Counted from the first letter of the stretch, positions 9,255 to 17,041 are shown. The stretch: DNA of 24,000 nt from Betaproteobacteria bacterium (GCA_005882215.1 VBCK01000116.1:114678-138677); one strand, 5' to 3'. The notes: generated by a model not told the origin, from the sequence alone. Translations and numbers: made by a program.

Positions 9255-10151
9255 GTGGCGGCCACGCGGCACCTGATCATCACCGCCGACGATTTCGGCC
9301 TGGACCTGGCGATCAATGAGGCGGTCGAGCAGGCCTACACCGGAGGCGTGCTGACGGCTGCCAGCTTGATGGTGGGACAGCCGGCCGCTGGCGACGCGGT
9401 CGAGCGCGCGCGACGCCTTCCGGGTTTGCGAATCGGTCTGCACGTGACGCTGACCGGCGCGCGCCCGCTGCTGGCGCCGCAGCAGCTTCCCGACCTGGTC
9501 GATGCTGCCGGCCGCTTGCCCGCGGACCTGGCCGGACTCGGCTGGCGGTTGGCGGCAAGTCCGCGGGCGCGCCACCAGGCCGAGCAGGAGATCGGTGCGC
9601 AATTTCAGGCGTTCGCCAACGCCGGGCTGGCGCTCGATCACGTCAACGCGCATCAGCACTACCACCTGCATCCGTTCGTGCTGGACCGGATCCTGAGCAT
9701 CGGCCGCGGTTTCGGCATGCGCGCGGTGCGCGTGCCATTCGAACCGCTGTGGCTGGCGCGCGCGGTCCCGGCCAGCGCCTCCCGTGCGGGGCGGGTGTCG
9801 GCGCTCGGCTGGGCGCTGGGCACGGGCTGGATGCGGCGCCGGCTGCTTCGCGCGGGGCTGGCCTGCAACGATGTGCTGTTCGGGCTGCGCTGCAGCGGGC
9901 GTCTGGATGAGGCGACGCTGTGCGACGCGCTGGAACGGCTGCGGCCGGGAATTGCCGAGGTGTACTTGCACCCCGCGACACGCTGCGGTCCGCGCGAACA
10001 GTCGGCCGGCGTCGGGCCGCACGCGAGCGAGGAACTCGAGGCCTTGATGAGTCCGCGGGTGCGGCAACGGCTGCAGGCGCTGAACGCCTCGGCGGGCGGT
10101 TTCTCGGACATTCCGGGCGAAGCGCCCGCGCTGCGCGGAGCGGCGGCGTGA
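9255..10151 (+). CDS. hpnK: YdjC-family carbohydrate deacetylase, hopanoid-associated HpnK
   Basis: HLIITADDFGLDLAINEAVEQAYTGGVLTAASLMV is the YdjC N-terminal signature. I prefer the GTG at 9255 (preceded by GGGGG at 9244-9248) over the track's TTG at 9225. The TTG lies inside a 22-bp perfect palindrome. The start is therefore uncertain by ~30 nt. The stop overlaps the hpnL start (GTGA at 10148-10151). Confidence 0.8.
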   Translation: MAATRHLIITADDFGLDLAINEAVEQAYTGGVLTAASLMVGQPAAGDAVERARRLPGLRIGLHVTLTGARPLLAPQQLPDLVDAAGRLPADLAGLGWRLAASPRARHQAEQEIGAQFQAFANAGLALDHVNAHQHYHLHPFVLDRILSIGRGFGMRAVRVPFEPLWLARAVPASASRAGRVSALGWALGTGWMRRRLLRAGLACNDVLFGLRCSGRLDEATLCDALERLRPGIAEVYLHPATRCGPREQSAGVGPHASEELEALMSPRVRQRLQALNASAGGFSDIPGEAPALRGAAA

Positions 10152-11149
10152 AACGCATCGCCTATGTGCTCGGCCTGGCCGGCCTGGCCGCGGCCATCGC
10201 GCTGGTTGCGCGCGCTGGCTGGCATGCGGTACTGGATGCCCTTGCGGCCGCTGGCTTGCCGTTGCTGTGGCTGGTGCCGCTGCGCGTGATCCCGATCGCG
10301 TTGGATGCGATGGGGTGGCGCGTGCTGCTCGCGCCGCGCGACGTGCACCATCGCGCCCGCTGGCCGGTGCTGGTGGCAACGGCGATGGTGCGCGAGGCGG
10401 TCAATCGCCTGTTGCCGGTCGCCGGGGTCGGCGGCGAGCTGGTCGGGATCCGGATCCTGGTTCGCCGCGGGCTGGAACCGGCGCCGGTGACGTCGAGCGT
10501 GATCGCCGAGGTGGTGCTGACATTGCTGAGCCTGGTGCTGTTCGCCGCGCTTGGCCTCGCGCTGCTGGGGGTGTCGACCGGGGGAGCGGGCTCGCTCGAC
10601 TCGATCATCATCAGCGTTTTACTGGCCTTGCCGCTTCCGCTGGCTGGCCTGTGGCTGATCAGCGAAGGACGCCTCGTCGCCTGGCTGCGGCGCCTTGCTT
10701 ACCTGGTGACCGGCAGCACCGGCCTGGCACCGCCGTGGCTGCAGTCGATGCCGGCGTTCGAGACAGAATTGTCGGCGCTGGCGCGGCGCCGGGGCCGGCT
10801 GGTGCTGACCATGTTGTTCCAGTTGGCCGCAATGACGGCGGGCGCCTCGGAAGTGTGGCTTGCGCTAAGACTGCTCGGCCACCCGGTCGGTTTCGAGACC
10901 GCGCTGATCATCGAAAGCGTCGTGCTGTTCGTGCGCAACCTGGCCTTCGCGGTTCCGGCCGCGCTTGGCGCACAGGAGGCCGGCATCGTGCTGATCTGCG
11001 CGGCCGTCGGTCTGGATCAGGAGGTGGCGATCGGCCTGGCCCTGGCCAAGCGGATGCGCGAAGTGCTGTTCGGCCTGCCGGCGCTGCTGGGCTGGAATCT
11101 GTGGGAAAGCATGCAAGCTTCGCCGGCGGTCGCCGGGCGTTCGAAGTAA
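10148..11149 (+). CDS. hpnL: Hopanoid-associated polytopic membrane protein HpnL (UPF0104 / lysyl-PG-synthase TM-region, flippase-like family)
   Basis: ORF 9920..11149 is trimmed to the GTG at 10148 (VKRIAYVLGLAGLAAAIALVARAGW...). The protein has multiple hydrophobic helices, and the LPVAGVGGELVGIRIL segment is typical of the family. It is translationally coupled to hpnK. Confidence 0.78.
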   Translation: MKRIAYVLGLAGLAAAIALVARAGWHAVLDALAAAGLPLLWLVPLRVIPIALDAMGWRVLLAPRDVHHRARWPVLVATAMVREAVNRLLPVAGVGGELVGIRILVRRGLEPAPVTSSVIAEVVLTLLSLVLFAALGLALLGVSTGGAGSLDSIIISVLLALPLPLAGLWLISEGRLVAWLRRLAYLVTGSTGLAPPWLQSMPAFETELSALARRRGRLVLTMLFQLAAMTAGASEVWLALRLLGHPVGFETALIIESVVLFVRNLAFAVPAALGAQEAGIVLICAAVGLDQEVAIGLALAKRMREVLFGLPALLGWNLWESMQASPAVAGRSK

Positions 11150-11165
11150 ACCCTCGGGATCCGGC

Positions 11166-11933
11166 TCAAGGCCGAACAGCTGGGGATTCCAGCGCCATGC
11201 CCCGCGCGCGCCACATCAGGAACAGTTCGAGGTTCACGAGTTCCGGTGCTCCGTAGTCGTAGGGCTCGGAGCGCACGCCGCTGATGCAGGCGCGCAGCCT
11301 GCGCTGCAGCGAGCCCAGCCCCTGCCACTCAAGCCGATAGAGCGGATATCCGGTCGGATGGGCTTGGGGAATCAGGCTGCCCGCCAGGTGCTTGCCCCAG
11401 TTGTCGTCGTGGCACTGGTTGCAGGCGAGATTGAGCTGGCCGCGGCGGCGCTGGAATTGCTCGCGGCCGGCGGCCAGAAACGGCTCGCTGCGTGGGTCAG
11501 CGCCGATTTCGATCCGCAGGCCGCGCGATTGCTGCGCGACGTAAGCGGTGATCGCCAGCAGTTGCCGGCTTTCGAACGCGAATGCAGAGGCGCGCTGTCG
11601 AATCGTGCGACACAGGTTGATGCGCTGCTCCAGGTCGAGGGGGCGTCCGGCCGCGACCTCGAACGCGGGGTAACGGGCGGCGACCCCCTTCATGCTGACG
11701 CCGGCGTCACCGTGGCAGTCCGCGCAAGCGCGCGCACCCGGGTTGGGTCGCTCGTTCCAAAGGCCCTTGCCCTCCATCACCCAGAGCATCGCCGGATTGG
11801 CGGCGTCATCGTCCTGGATAGCCCGCGTCTCCGGCCTCATCAATTCGTAGCCCGAATGGCGCTCGGACGGCGGGATCTCGCCGGCGATGGCGGCAAGGGC
11901 AAAGGCGAATACAGAGAAGCCGGCGAGCCGCAT
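11166..11933 (-). CDS. soxA: Dihaem c-type cytochrome SoxA
   Basis: ORF 11166..11990 is trimmed to the ATG at 11933 (MRLAGFSVFAFALAAIAG signal peptide), which overlaps the soxZ stop (TAATG). There are two CxxCH motifs (CADCH, CNQCH) and the conserved distal Cys context RLRACISGVRSEPY. The C-terminus LELFLMWRARGMALESPAVRP is SoxA-like. Confidence 0.88.
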   Translation of the reverse strand: MRLAGFSVFAFALAAIAGEIPPSERHSGYELMRPETRAIQDDDAANPAMLWVMEGKGLWNERPNPGARACADCHGDAGVSMKGVAARYPAFEVAAGRPLDLEQRINLCRTIRQRASAFAFESRQLLAITAYVAQQSRGLRIEIGADPRSEPFLAAGREQFQRRRGQLNLACNQCHDDNWGKHLAGSLIPQAHPTGYPLYRLEWQGLGSLQRRLRACISGVRSEPYDYGAPELVNLELFLMWRARGMALESPAVRP

Positions 11934-12253
11934 TATTCGACTCTGATCGCCACCGACTCGGTCGCCGAAAAGCCGTTGTCCCCCGTCCATGTGAAAACGA
12001 GGGTGCCGCTTTCGGTCGCGATCGTATTGAAGGCGAAGTACGGGTTGGCCGCTATGGCCGGGTGGATCTCGGCGCGGAACACTTCCTCGCCGTTATAGGA
12101 GCAGACGAACAGGCGCAGGATATCGCGGGGAATGACCGCACCCAGCGAGGTACGGCGATAGCCGGTTTCCATCACGTGCGAGATCAGCGTCTTGATCTGA
12201 ATGATCTCGCCGCGCCTGGCGCTGGGGGGAACGTTGATCAGAGCGCTGGCCAT
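11933..12253 (-). CDS. soxZ: SoxZ-type sulfur-carrier complex subunit
   Basis: The 106-aa protein reads RGEIIQIKTLISHVMETGYRRTSLGAVIPRDILRLFVCSYNGEEVFRAEIHPAIAANPYFAF, matching the SoxZ signature. Its start overlaps the stop of the upstream SoxY-like gene (TAATG at 12251-12255). Confidence 0.88.
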   Translation of the reverse strand: MASALINVPPSARRGEIIQIKTLISHVMETGYRRTSLGAVIPRDILRLFVCSYNGEEVFRAEIHPAIAANPYFAFNTIATESGTLVFTWTGDNGFSATESVAIRVE

Positions 12254-12705
12254 TACGACGACGGCTCCGTGCAGGCTGCGAGGGTAACCACGGATTCCGC
12301 CGATCCGGACCAGAATGAGCCGTCGCTCATCTGGCAGACGGCGACGACCGTCTGCGAGTCGGCGAGCCGGATGCGGGTCGACACGCTCGCACGGCCGGCG
12401 CGCGGGCCAAGGTGCAATGACGCCACATACGGCTGCGGATTCTTTTCCACGAACACGTGGACCGCCTTCACGTGGTCAGCCACCGTCATCGGGCTGTCCA
12501 CGCGGATAGTCAGGGGGACCGAATTCCCGTTCTCCACCAGCGGCGGCAGGTCGAGTGTCACCCGGCCAGCGGTGACGCGGGCCGTGCCCGTGAGCTGCAG
12601 GATCGCCTCCTTCACCTCGGCGGGAGTCGCGCGAACTGCTGCCGCTCCGAGTCCAAATGCCGCGCCGATCGCGCCGCCAACGGCCAGAAAGTCGCGCCGC
12701 TTCAC
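12253..12705 (-). CDS. SoxY-related carrier protein with a non-canonical C-terminal arm (ends ...VVTLAACTEPSS instead of ...GGCGG)
   Basis: A twin-arginine signal is present (MKRRDFLAVGGAIGAAFGLGAAAVRA). The SoxY core segments are LDLPPLVENGNSVPLTIRV and STRIRLADSQTVVAVCQMSDGSFW. I hand-translated the C-terminus from nt 12279->12253: GCA GCC TGC ACG GAG CCG TCG TCG TAA = AACTEPSS*. The GTG start at 12705 abuts the soxX stop. Confidence 0.85.
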   Translation of the reverse strand: MKRRDFLAVGGAIGAAFGLGAAAVRATPAEVKEAILQLTGTARVTAGRVTLDLPPLVENGNSVPLTIRVDSPMTVADHVKAVHVFVEKNPQPYVASLHLGPRAGRASVSTRIRLADSQTVVAVCQMSDGSFWSGSAESVVTLAACTEPSS

Positions 12706-13116
12706 TCAGTCACGCAGGGTCGCCAGAAACGCGACCACGTCCTCGATCTGTTGCGGGGTGAGCAGCGTCCGCCCTCGGAACGCCGGAGCAACGCGCCAGA
12801 GTCCTTCGGACCTGCCATAGGCCGGCATGATCGTGGCCGGGTTCAGGCGCATCGGATCGATGATGCGCAGGCGAAGCTGTGCCTCGGTCCAGCGCGTGCC
12901 CGCACCCCGCAGATCCGGTGCGAGGTCGCCTTGTGACGGCTCCTCCGGAAACGGGCCGCTATGGCAGAGCAGGCACAACCCGGTCTGGCGATCGGCGACG
13001 ATCGCACGCCCGCGAGCAGGGTCGCCCCTTTGCCCGGTGAGCGGATTGGGCAGGGACTCCTGCGCGACGTTGCAGGCCGAGAAGCCCGCCAGCAGCACCG
13101 CGAGAACGGCCTTCAC
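12706..13116 (-). CDS. soxX: Monohaem c-type cytochrome SoxX
   Basis: There is a signal peptide (MKAVLAVLLAGFSAC..., possibly a weak lipobox) and a single CLLCH haem motif. The segments GDLAPDLRG, TIMPAYG and the C-terminal LLTPQQIEDVVAFLATLRD match the SoxX pattern. The GTG start overlaps the stop of the upstream flavoprotein gene (GTGA at 13113-13116). Confidence 0.82.
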   Translation of the reverse strand: MKAVLAVLLAGFSACNVAQESLPNPLTGQRGDPARGRAIVADRQTGLCLLCHSGPFPEEPSQGDLAPDLRGAGTRWTEAQLRLRIIDPMRLNPATIMPAYGRSEGLWRVAPAFRGRTLLTPQQIEDVVAFLATLRD

Positions 13117-14372
13117 TCGAAGACCTCCGCGGTCAGCGTGCGGAAGGCTGCCTCGGCATTGCTGGCTTCGAGAGCGCGCGCGGCGCCCGGCGAGTCGGCA
13201 GCACCCGCAGCGCCCGATTCGGCCACCTCTGCAAACTCCCCGCCCTCCGGACGATAGATCCCCGCCATCGAAATGCCGTAATCCGGCGCGACCAGGCTGT
13301 AGCAGGCGTTGATCAGCCTGGGTGAGGCGGGCTCACGACCGGCCAGCAGCGCCGCCACCGCCAACGCGCAGCTCTTGGCCTCGGTGTTGGCGCCGAAGGC
13401 CGATTTCGGCATCGCGCCGGTGATCGCCGCATCGCCGATGACATGGATGTTCGGCTGCAGCCTCGATTCGAAGGTCACCGGGTCGATCGGGCACCAGCCG
13501 CTGCGGTCGGCCACACCGGCGGCCCCGGCGATCCGGCCCGCCTTCTGCGGCGCGATCACGTTGGCGACGGCGGCGCGGTACCGATCGAAATCGGTGACCA
13601 GCGTGCGAGTCGTCGGCTCGACCGAGACGACCCCGCCGCCGCGCGAAAGAGGCACCCACTCGATCAGGCCGGGGTAGAGCTCGCTCCAGGCGCTGAGGAA
13701 GAGCTGCTGCTTCGGGAACTTGTCCTTCGCATCCAGCACGATCACTTTCGAGCGTGGCTTGTGCGCCTTCAAGTAATGGGCGATCAGGCTGGCCCGCTCG
13801 TAGGGCCCCGGCGGGCAGCGATACGGACCGGCCGGCGCCGAGATGACCACCAGTGCGCCGTCTTGCATGGCCTGCAGTTGTCGGCGCAGCAGCAGGGTTT
13901 GCTCGCCCGCCTGCCAAGCGTGCGGCATCTGCTGGGCGGCCGCCTCGTCGTAGCCCGGCAACGCGTCCCAACGGATGTCGATGCCGGGCGCGAGAACCAG
14001 CCGGTCGTAGCCCAGGCGGGTGCCGTCCGACAGCGCGACGCGGCGGGCGCGGGGGTCGATCGCGGTTGCGGCGAGCGGCGCAAGCGCCACCCCGTCGGCT
14101 CGCAAGGCGGCGTAGGTAAACTGCTGCCGGTCCATCTCGCGCAGACCGGCGATCACCGCATTGCTCATCGGACAGGCGTGAAAGACCGCGTTTTGCTCGA
14201 CCAGCGTCACGGCGATCCGCGGGTCGGCTTTCTTTAGAGCTCGGGCGCAACTCGCGCCTGCGAAGCCGCCCCCGACGACCGTCACCCGCCGGGCCGATGC
14301 CTGCCCGTGCAAGACCTGTGCCGGAAGCGCCGCGGTTGCGGCCGCGGCGCCCAGGAAGACCCTGCGCTCCAC
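13113..14372 (-). CDS. Flavocytochrome-c sulfide dehydrogenase-type flavoprotein (FccB/SoxF-like), Tat-exported
   Basis: The Tat motif is MERRVFLGAAAATAAL, and the FAD dinucleotide fold is VTVVGGGFAGAS. Three cysteine contexts of FCSD flavoproteins are retained: FHACPMSN (FAD-linking Cys position), GPYRCPPGPYERAS and INACYSLV (redox disulfide positions). The GTG start at 14372 directly abuts the stop of the Mo-subunit gene (TGAGTG). Confidence 0.85.
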   Translation of the reverse strand: MERRVFLGAAAATAALPAQVLHGQASARRVTVVGGGFAGASCARALKKADPRIAVTLVEQNAVFHACPMSNAVIAGLREMDRQQFTYAALRADGVALAPLAATAIDPRARRVALSDGTRLGYDRLVLAPGIDIRWDALPGYDEAAAQQMPHAWQAGEQTLLLRRQLQAMQDGALVVISAPAGPYRCPPGPYERASLIAHYLKAHKPRSKVIVLDAKDKFPKQQLFLSAWSELYPGLIEWVPLSRGGGVVSVEPTTRTLVTDFDRYRAAVANVIAPQKAGRIAGAAGVADRSGWCPIDPVTFESRLQPNIHVIGDAAITGAMPKSAFGANTEAKSCALAVAALLAGREPASPRLINACYSLVAPDYGISMAGIYRPEGGEFAEVAESGAAGAADSPGAARALEASNAEAAFRTLTAEVFE

Positions 14373-16595
14373 TCAGACCAGTTCGAAGCCGCTATTTTTC
14401 AGCGGGAACGAGCGGATGCGCTTTCCCGTCGCCCGGCATAGCGCGTTCAGGACGGCCGGCGCCGCCACGGCGATCGTGGGCTCCCCGACGCCGCCCCAGA
14501 AGCCGCCAGAGGGCATGATGATCGATTCGACCTTCGGCATCTGACTGATCCGCATCGAGTCGTAGGTGTTGAAGTTTTCCTGCTCGATGCGCCCATCCTT
14601 GACGGTGCACTGCTCCATGAACAGAGCCGACAACCCATAGACGAACGAGCCGGCAACCTGGCGATCGATCTGCGCCGGGTTAACGGCATAGCCGGGGTCG
14701 GTGCCACCGACGATCCGGTGGATCTTGACCTTGCTGCCACCGGTCACTGAGACCTCCGCGCAGGCCGCCACGTAGCTGCCGAACGCTCTGAAGTGGGCGA
14801 TTCCGCGGTGCACTCCGGCGGCTGCCGGCTTGCCCCAGCCTCCCTTTTCGGCCACGGCATTCAGGAGCGCAAGCGACTTCGGATGCGCTGCCATCAACTT
14901 GCGCCGGAACTCCAGCGCATCCTGCCCGGCCGCTTCCGCCAACTCATCCATGAAGCATTCCAGGAAGATGGCGTTCTGGTTGACGTTGACGCCGCGCCAG
15001 AATCCGGGCGGCACATGCGGATTTCGCATGGCATGGTCGATCAACAGGTTCGGGATCGTGTATTCCAGCGAATGCTCGCCGGTGGGCCAGTAGCCTTGAA
15101 ACGTCAGCGGGTCCTTGCCCTTGTCCAGCCCCTCCGGGCGGGCCGAGGCGAGGATCGACTGCCCGGAGAGGCGGATCCGAAGGCCGGTCAGGTTGCCGCC
15201 GGCATCGAGCGCCCCGATCAGCCGAGCCTGCATCACCGGATGGTACTTGCCGTGCAGCATGTCCTCCTCGCGGGACCACAGCAGCTTCACCGGTGTTCCG
15301 GGCATCAGCTTGGCGATCGCGACCGCCTGGCGCACATAGTCGGTGAACCCGCGTCGGCCGAAGCCACCGCCCAAGAAGGTCTTGTGGACGTCGCATTGAG
15401 CCACCGGCAGCCCCGAGGCCTCGGCGGTCGCCGCCAGCGCGGCCTCGCCGTTCTGGGTCGGGCACCAGACCTCGCAACGATCGCTCGTGTAGAGCGCGGT
15501 CGCGTTCATCGGCTCCATCGTGGCGTGGTTCTGGTAGGGGTAGCTGTAGACCGCCTCGACTTTCTTCGCCGCCGACTCGATGGCGGCCTTCACGTCCCCG
15601 GCCTCGTTGTGCACGAACGCCTGTTCCGCATCCAGGCCGGCAGCCAGCGTCTGCGCGATCGTGGCGCTCGAGACGGTGGCGTTCTCCCCACCATCCCATT
15701 CGATCGCGACCGCATCGAGCGCCGTCTTGGCATGCCACCAGGTGTCGGCGACGACGGCGATCGCGCTATCGCCGACGCGCACGACTCTTTTCACGCCCGG
15801 CATGGCCTCGGATTTGGTCGCGTCATAGGTCTTCACCTTGCCGCCGAACACCGGGCAGTCCTTGATGGCGGCGTTCAGCATCCCGGGCAGGTGCAGGTCG
15901 GCGCCGTAGACCAGCTTGCCGGTTACCTTGTCCAGCGTGTCCAGCCGCTTCAGCGGCTTGCCGACGATTTGCCATTGCGCCGGGTCCTTGAGCGGCACGT
16001 CCTTCGGCGCTTCGAGCTTTGCCGCCGCATCCGCCACCTGGCCGTAGGTCGTGCGTCGCTTGGACGGGGCGTGGGTAATGACGCCCTTTGCCACGCTGCA
16101 CTCGGCCACCGGCACTTTCCAATCGTCGGCCGCGGCCTGAACCAGCATCATGCGTGCGGCAGCGCCGCCCTTCCGTACGTACTCCTGCGAAGCGCGGATG
16201 CCGCGGCTGCCGGCGGTAAAGTAATCGCCCCACACGCGCTTGCGCGCCAGGTTCTCCCCGGGAGTCGGAAATTCGGTCGTGACCCTGGCCCAGTCGCACT
16301 CGAGCTCCTCGGCGACGAGCTGGGCCAGGCCGGTCATCGTTCCCTGCCCCATTTCCGATCGCGCGATCCGGATCACGACTGTGTCGTCGGGGCGAATTAC
16401 GACCCACGCGTTGACTTCAGCGCCGGCCTCCACGGCGAAAGACTGCTTCGGTCCGCCGAAAGGGATCCTGAATCCGAGCGCGAGCCCGCCCCCGACCGCG
16501 GCGGTGCGGACCAGGAACGAGCGCCTATCCATCTTCGCAGCGTCGATCATCATCGCAAGTCCTTCCTCGGCCTCATTCTCACGCTCATCTGTCAT
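14373..16595 (-). CDS. Xanthine-dehydrogenase-family molybdopterin-binding subunit (IorB / aldehyde oxidoreductase large-subunit type), Tat-exported
   Basis: ORF 14373..16976 is trimmed to the ATG at 16595 (MTDERENE...[20 protein letters not shown], a Tat signal). That start overlaps the [2Fe-2S] subunit stop (ATGA). The 5' 381 nt of the track ORF is an out-of-frame read through the upstream gene. The remaining ~740 aa include [19 protein letters not shown] and GGGFGRRG, typical of Mo-hydroxylase large subunits. An alternative start is [13 protein letters not shown], about 14 codons downstream. Confidence 0.85.
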   Translation of the reverse strand: MTDERENEAEEGLAMMIDAAKMDRRSFLVRTAAVGGGLALGFRIPFGGPKQSFAVEAGAEVNAWVVIRPDDTVVIRIARSEMGQGTMTGLAQLVAEELECDWARVTTEFPTPGENLARKRVWGDYFTAGSRGIRASQEYVRKGGAAARMMLVQAAADDWKVPVAECSVAKGVITHAPSKRRTTYGQVADAAAKLEAPKDVPLKDPAQWQIVGKPLKRLDTLDKVTGKLVYGADLHLPGMLNAAIKDCPVFGGKVKTYDATKSEAMPGVKRVVRVGDSAIAVVADTWWHAKTALDAVAIEWDGGENATVSSATIAQTLAAGLDAEQAFVHNEAGDVKAAIESAAKKVEAVYSYPYQNHATMEPMNATALYTSDRCEVWCPTQNGEAALAATAEASGLPVAQCDVHKTFLGGGFGRRGFTDYVRQAVAIAKLMPGTPVKLLWSREEDMLHGKYHPVMQARLIGALDAGGNLTGLRIRLSGQSILASARPEGLDKGKDPLTFQGYWPTGEHSLEYTIPNLLIDHAMRNPHVPPGFWRGVNVNQNAIFLECFMDELAEAAGQDALEFRRKLMAAHPKSLALLNAVAEKGGWGKPAAAGVHRGIAHFRAFGSYVAACAEVSVTGGSKVKIHRIVGGTDPGYAVNPAQIDRQVAGSFVYGLSALFMEQCTVKDGRIEQENFNTYDSMRISQMPKVESIIMPSGGFWGGVGEPTIAVAAPAVLNALCRATGKRIRSFPLKNSGFELV

Positions 16596-17041
16596 GACCT
16601 GGCGGCAGCGTGGATGGCCTCGCGCACCTGTTGATAGGTGCCGCAGCGGCAGATGTTGGTAATGGCGGCGTCGATGTCGGCGTCGGTGGGATTGGGCTTT
16701 TCCTTCAGCAGCGCCGCGACGGCCATGATCATGCCGGACTGGCAGTAGCCGCACTGGGGGACGTCGTGCTCGAGCCAGGCCTGTTGTACACGGCTCAGCT
16801 TGCCCTCGACTGCCAGCCCCTCGATGGTGGTGATCTTCTTGCCCTGCGCTGCCTCGACGGGCATCACGCAGGAACGCACCGCCCTGCCGTCGATGTGCAC
16901 CGTGCAGGCCCCGCATTGCGCGATCCCGCAGCCGTACTTGGTCCCAGTGAGGCCGACCTGCTCCCGGATCGCCCACAGCAGCGGGGTCCCCGGGTCCACA
17001 TCGACGTCGACCGTCTTGCCATTGATCGTAAGGCGTGCCAT
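16592..17041 (-). CDS. (2Fe-2S)-binding small subunit of a Mo-hydroxylase (IorA type)
   Basis: The 149-aa protein carries both cluster motifs: [11 protein letters not shown] (plant-ferredoxin-like) and [10 protein letters not shown]...CRCGTY. It is the first gene of the minus-strand operon and is preceded by a 158-nt divergent intergenic region. Confidence 0.9.
   Translation of the reverse strand: MARLTINGKTVDVDVDPGTPLLWAIREQVGLTGTKYGCGIAQCGACTVHIDGRAVRSCVMPVEAAQGKKITTIEGLAVEGKLSRVQQAWLEHDVPQCGYCQSGMIMAVAALLKEKPNPTDADIDAAITNICRCGTYQQVREAIHAAARS

Noticed and set aside
9920-10147. The upstream extension of the hpnL ORF overlapping the hpnK 3' end.
   Set aside because: It is Arg-rich out-of-frame sequence. 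The hydrophobic HpnL-like protein begins at GTG 10148, which is coupled to the hpnK stop.
9078-10379. 433-aa and 230-aa antisense ORFs opposite hpnK/hpnL.
   Set aside because: They have Arg/Pro/Ala-rich composition, no family signature and no plausible ribosome-binding site. The sense strand carries strongly supported YdjC-family and HpnL-family genes.
11147-11168. The 16-bp gap between the convergent hpnL and soxA stops, examined for a bidirectional terminator.
   Set aside because: It contains only a GGATCC hexamer palindrome, with no stem-loop of meaningful length and no T-tract. The tight convergence is noted under the Sox-like operon finding rather than called as a feature.
14793-16634. 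A 613-aa + strand ORF opposite the molybdopterin subunit gene.
   Set aside because: It is an antisense high-GC artefact. The minus-strand product has clear Mo-hydroxylase motifs and operon coupling, and this frame has none.
16596-16976. The 5' extension of the 867-aa track ORF ([10 protein letters not shown]...).
   Set aside because: This part is an out-of-frame read across the [2Fe-2S] subunit gene. The Mo subunit starts at the ATG at 16595 (ATGA overlap), just before its Tat signal.
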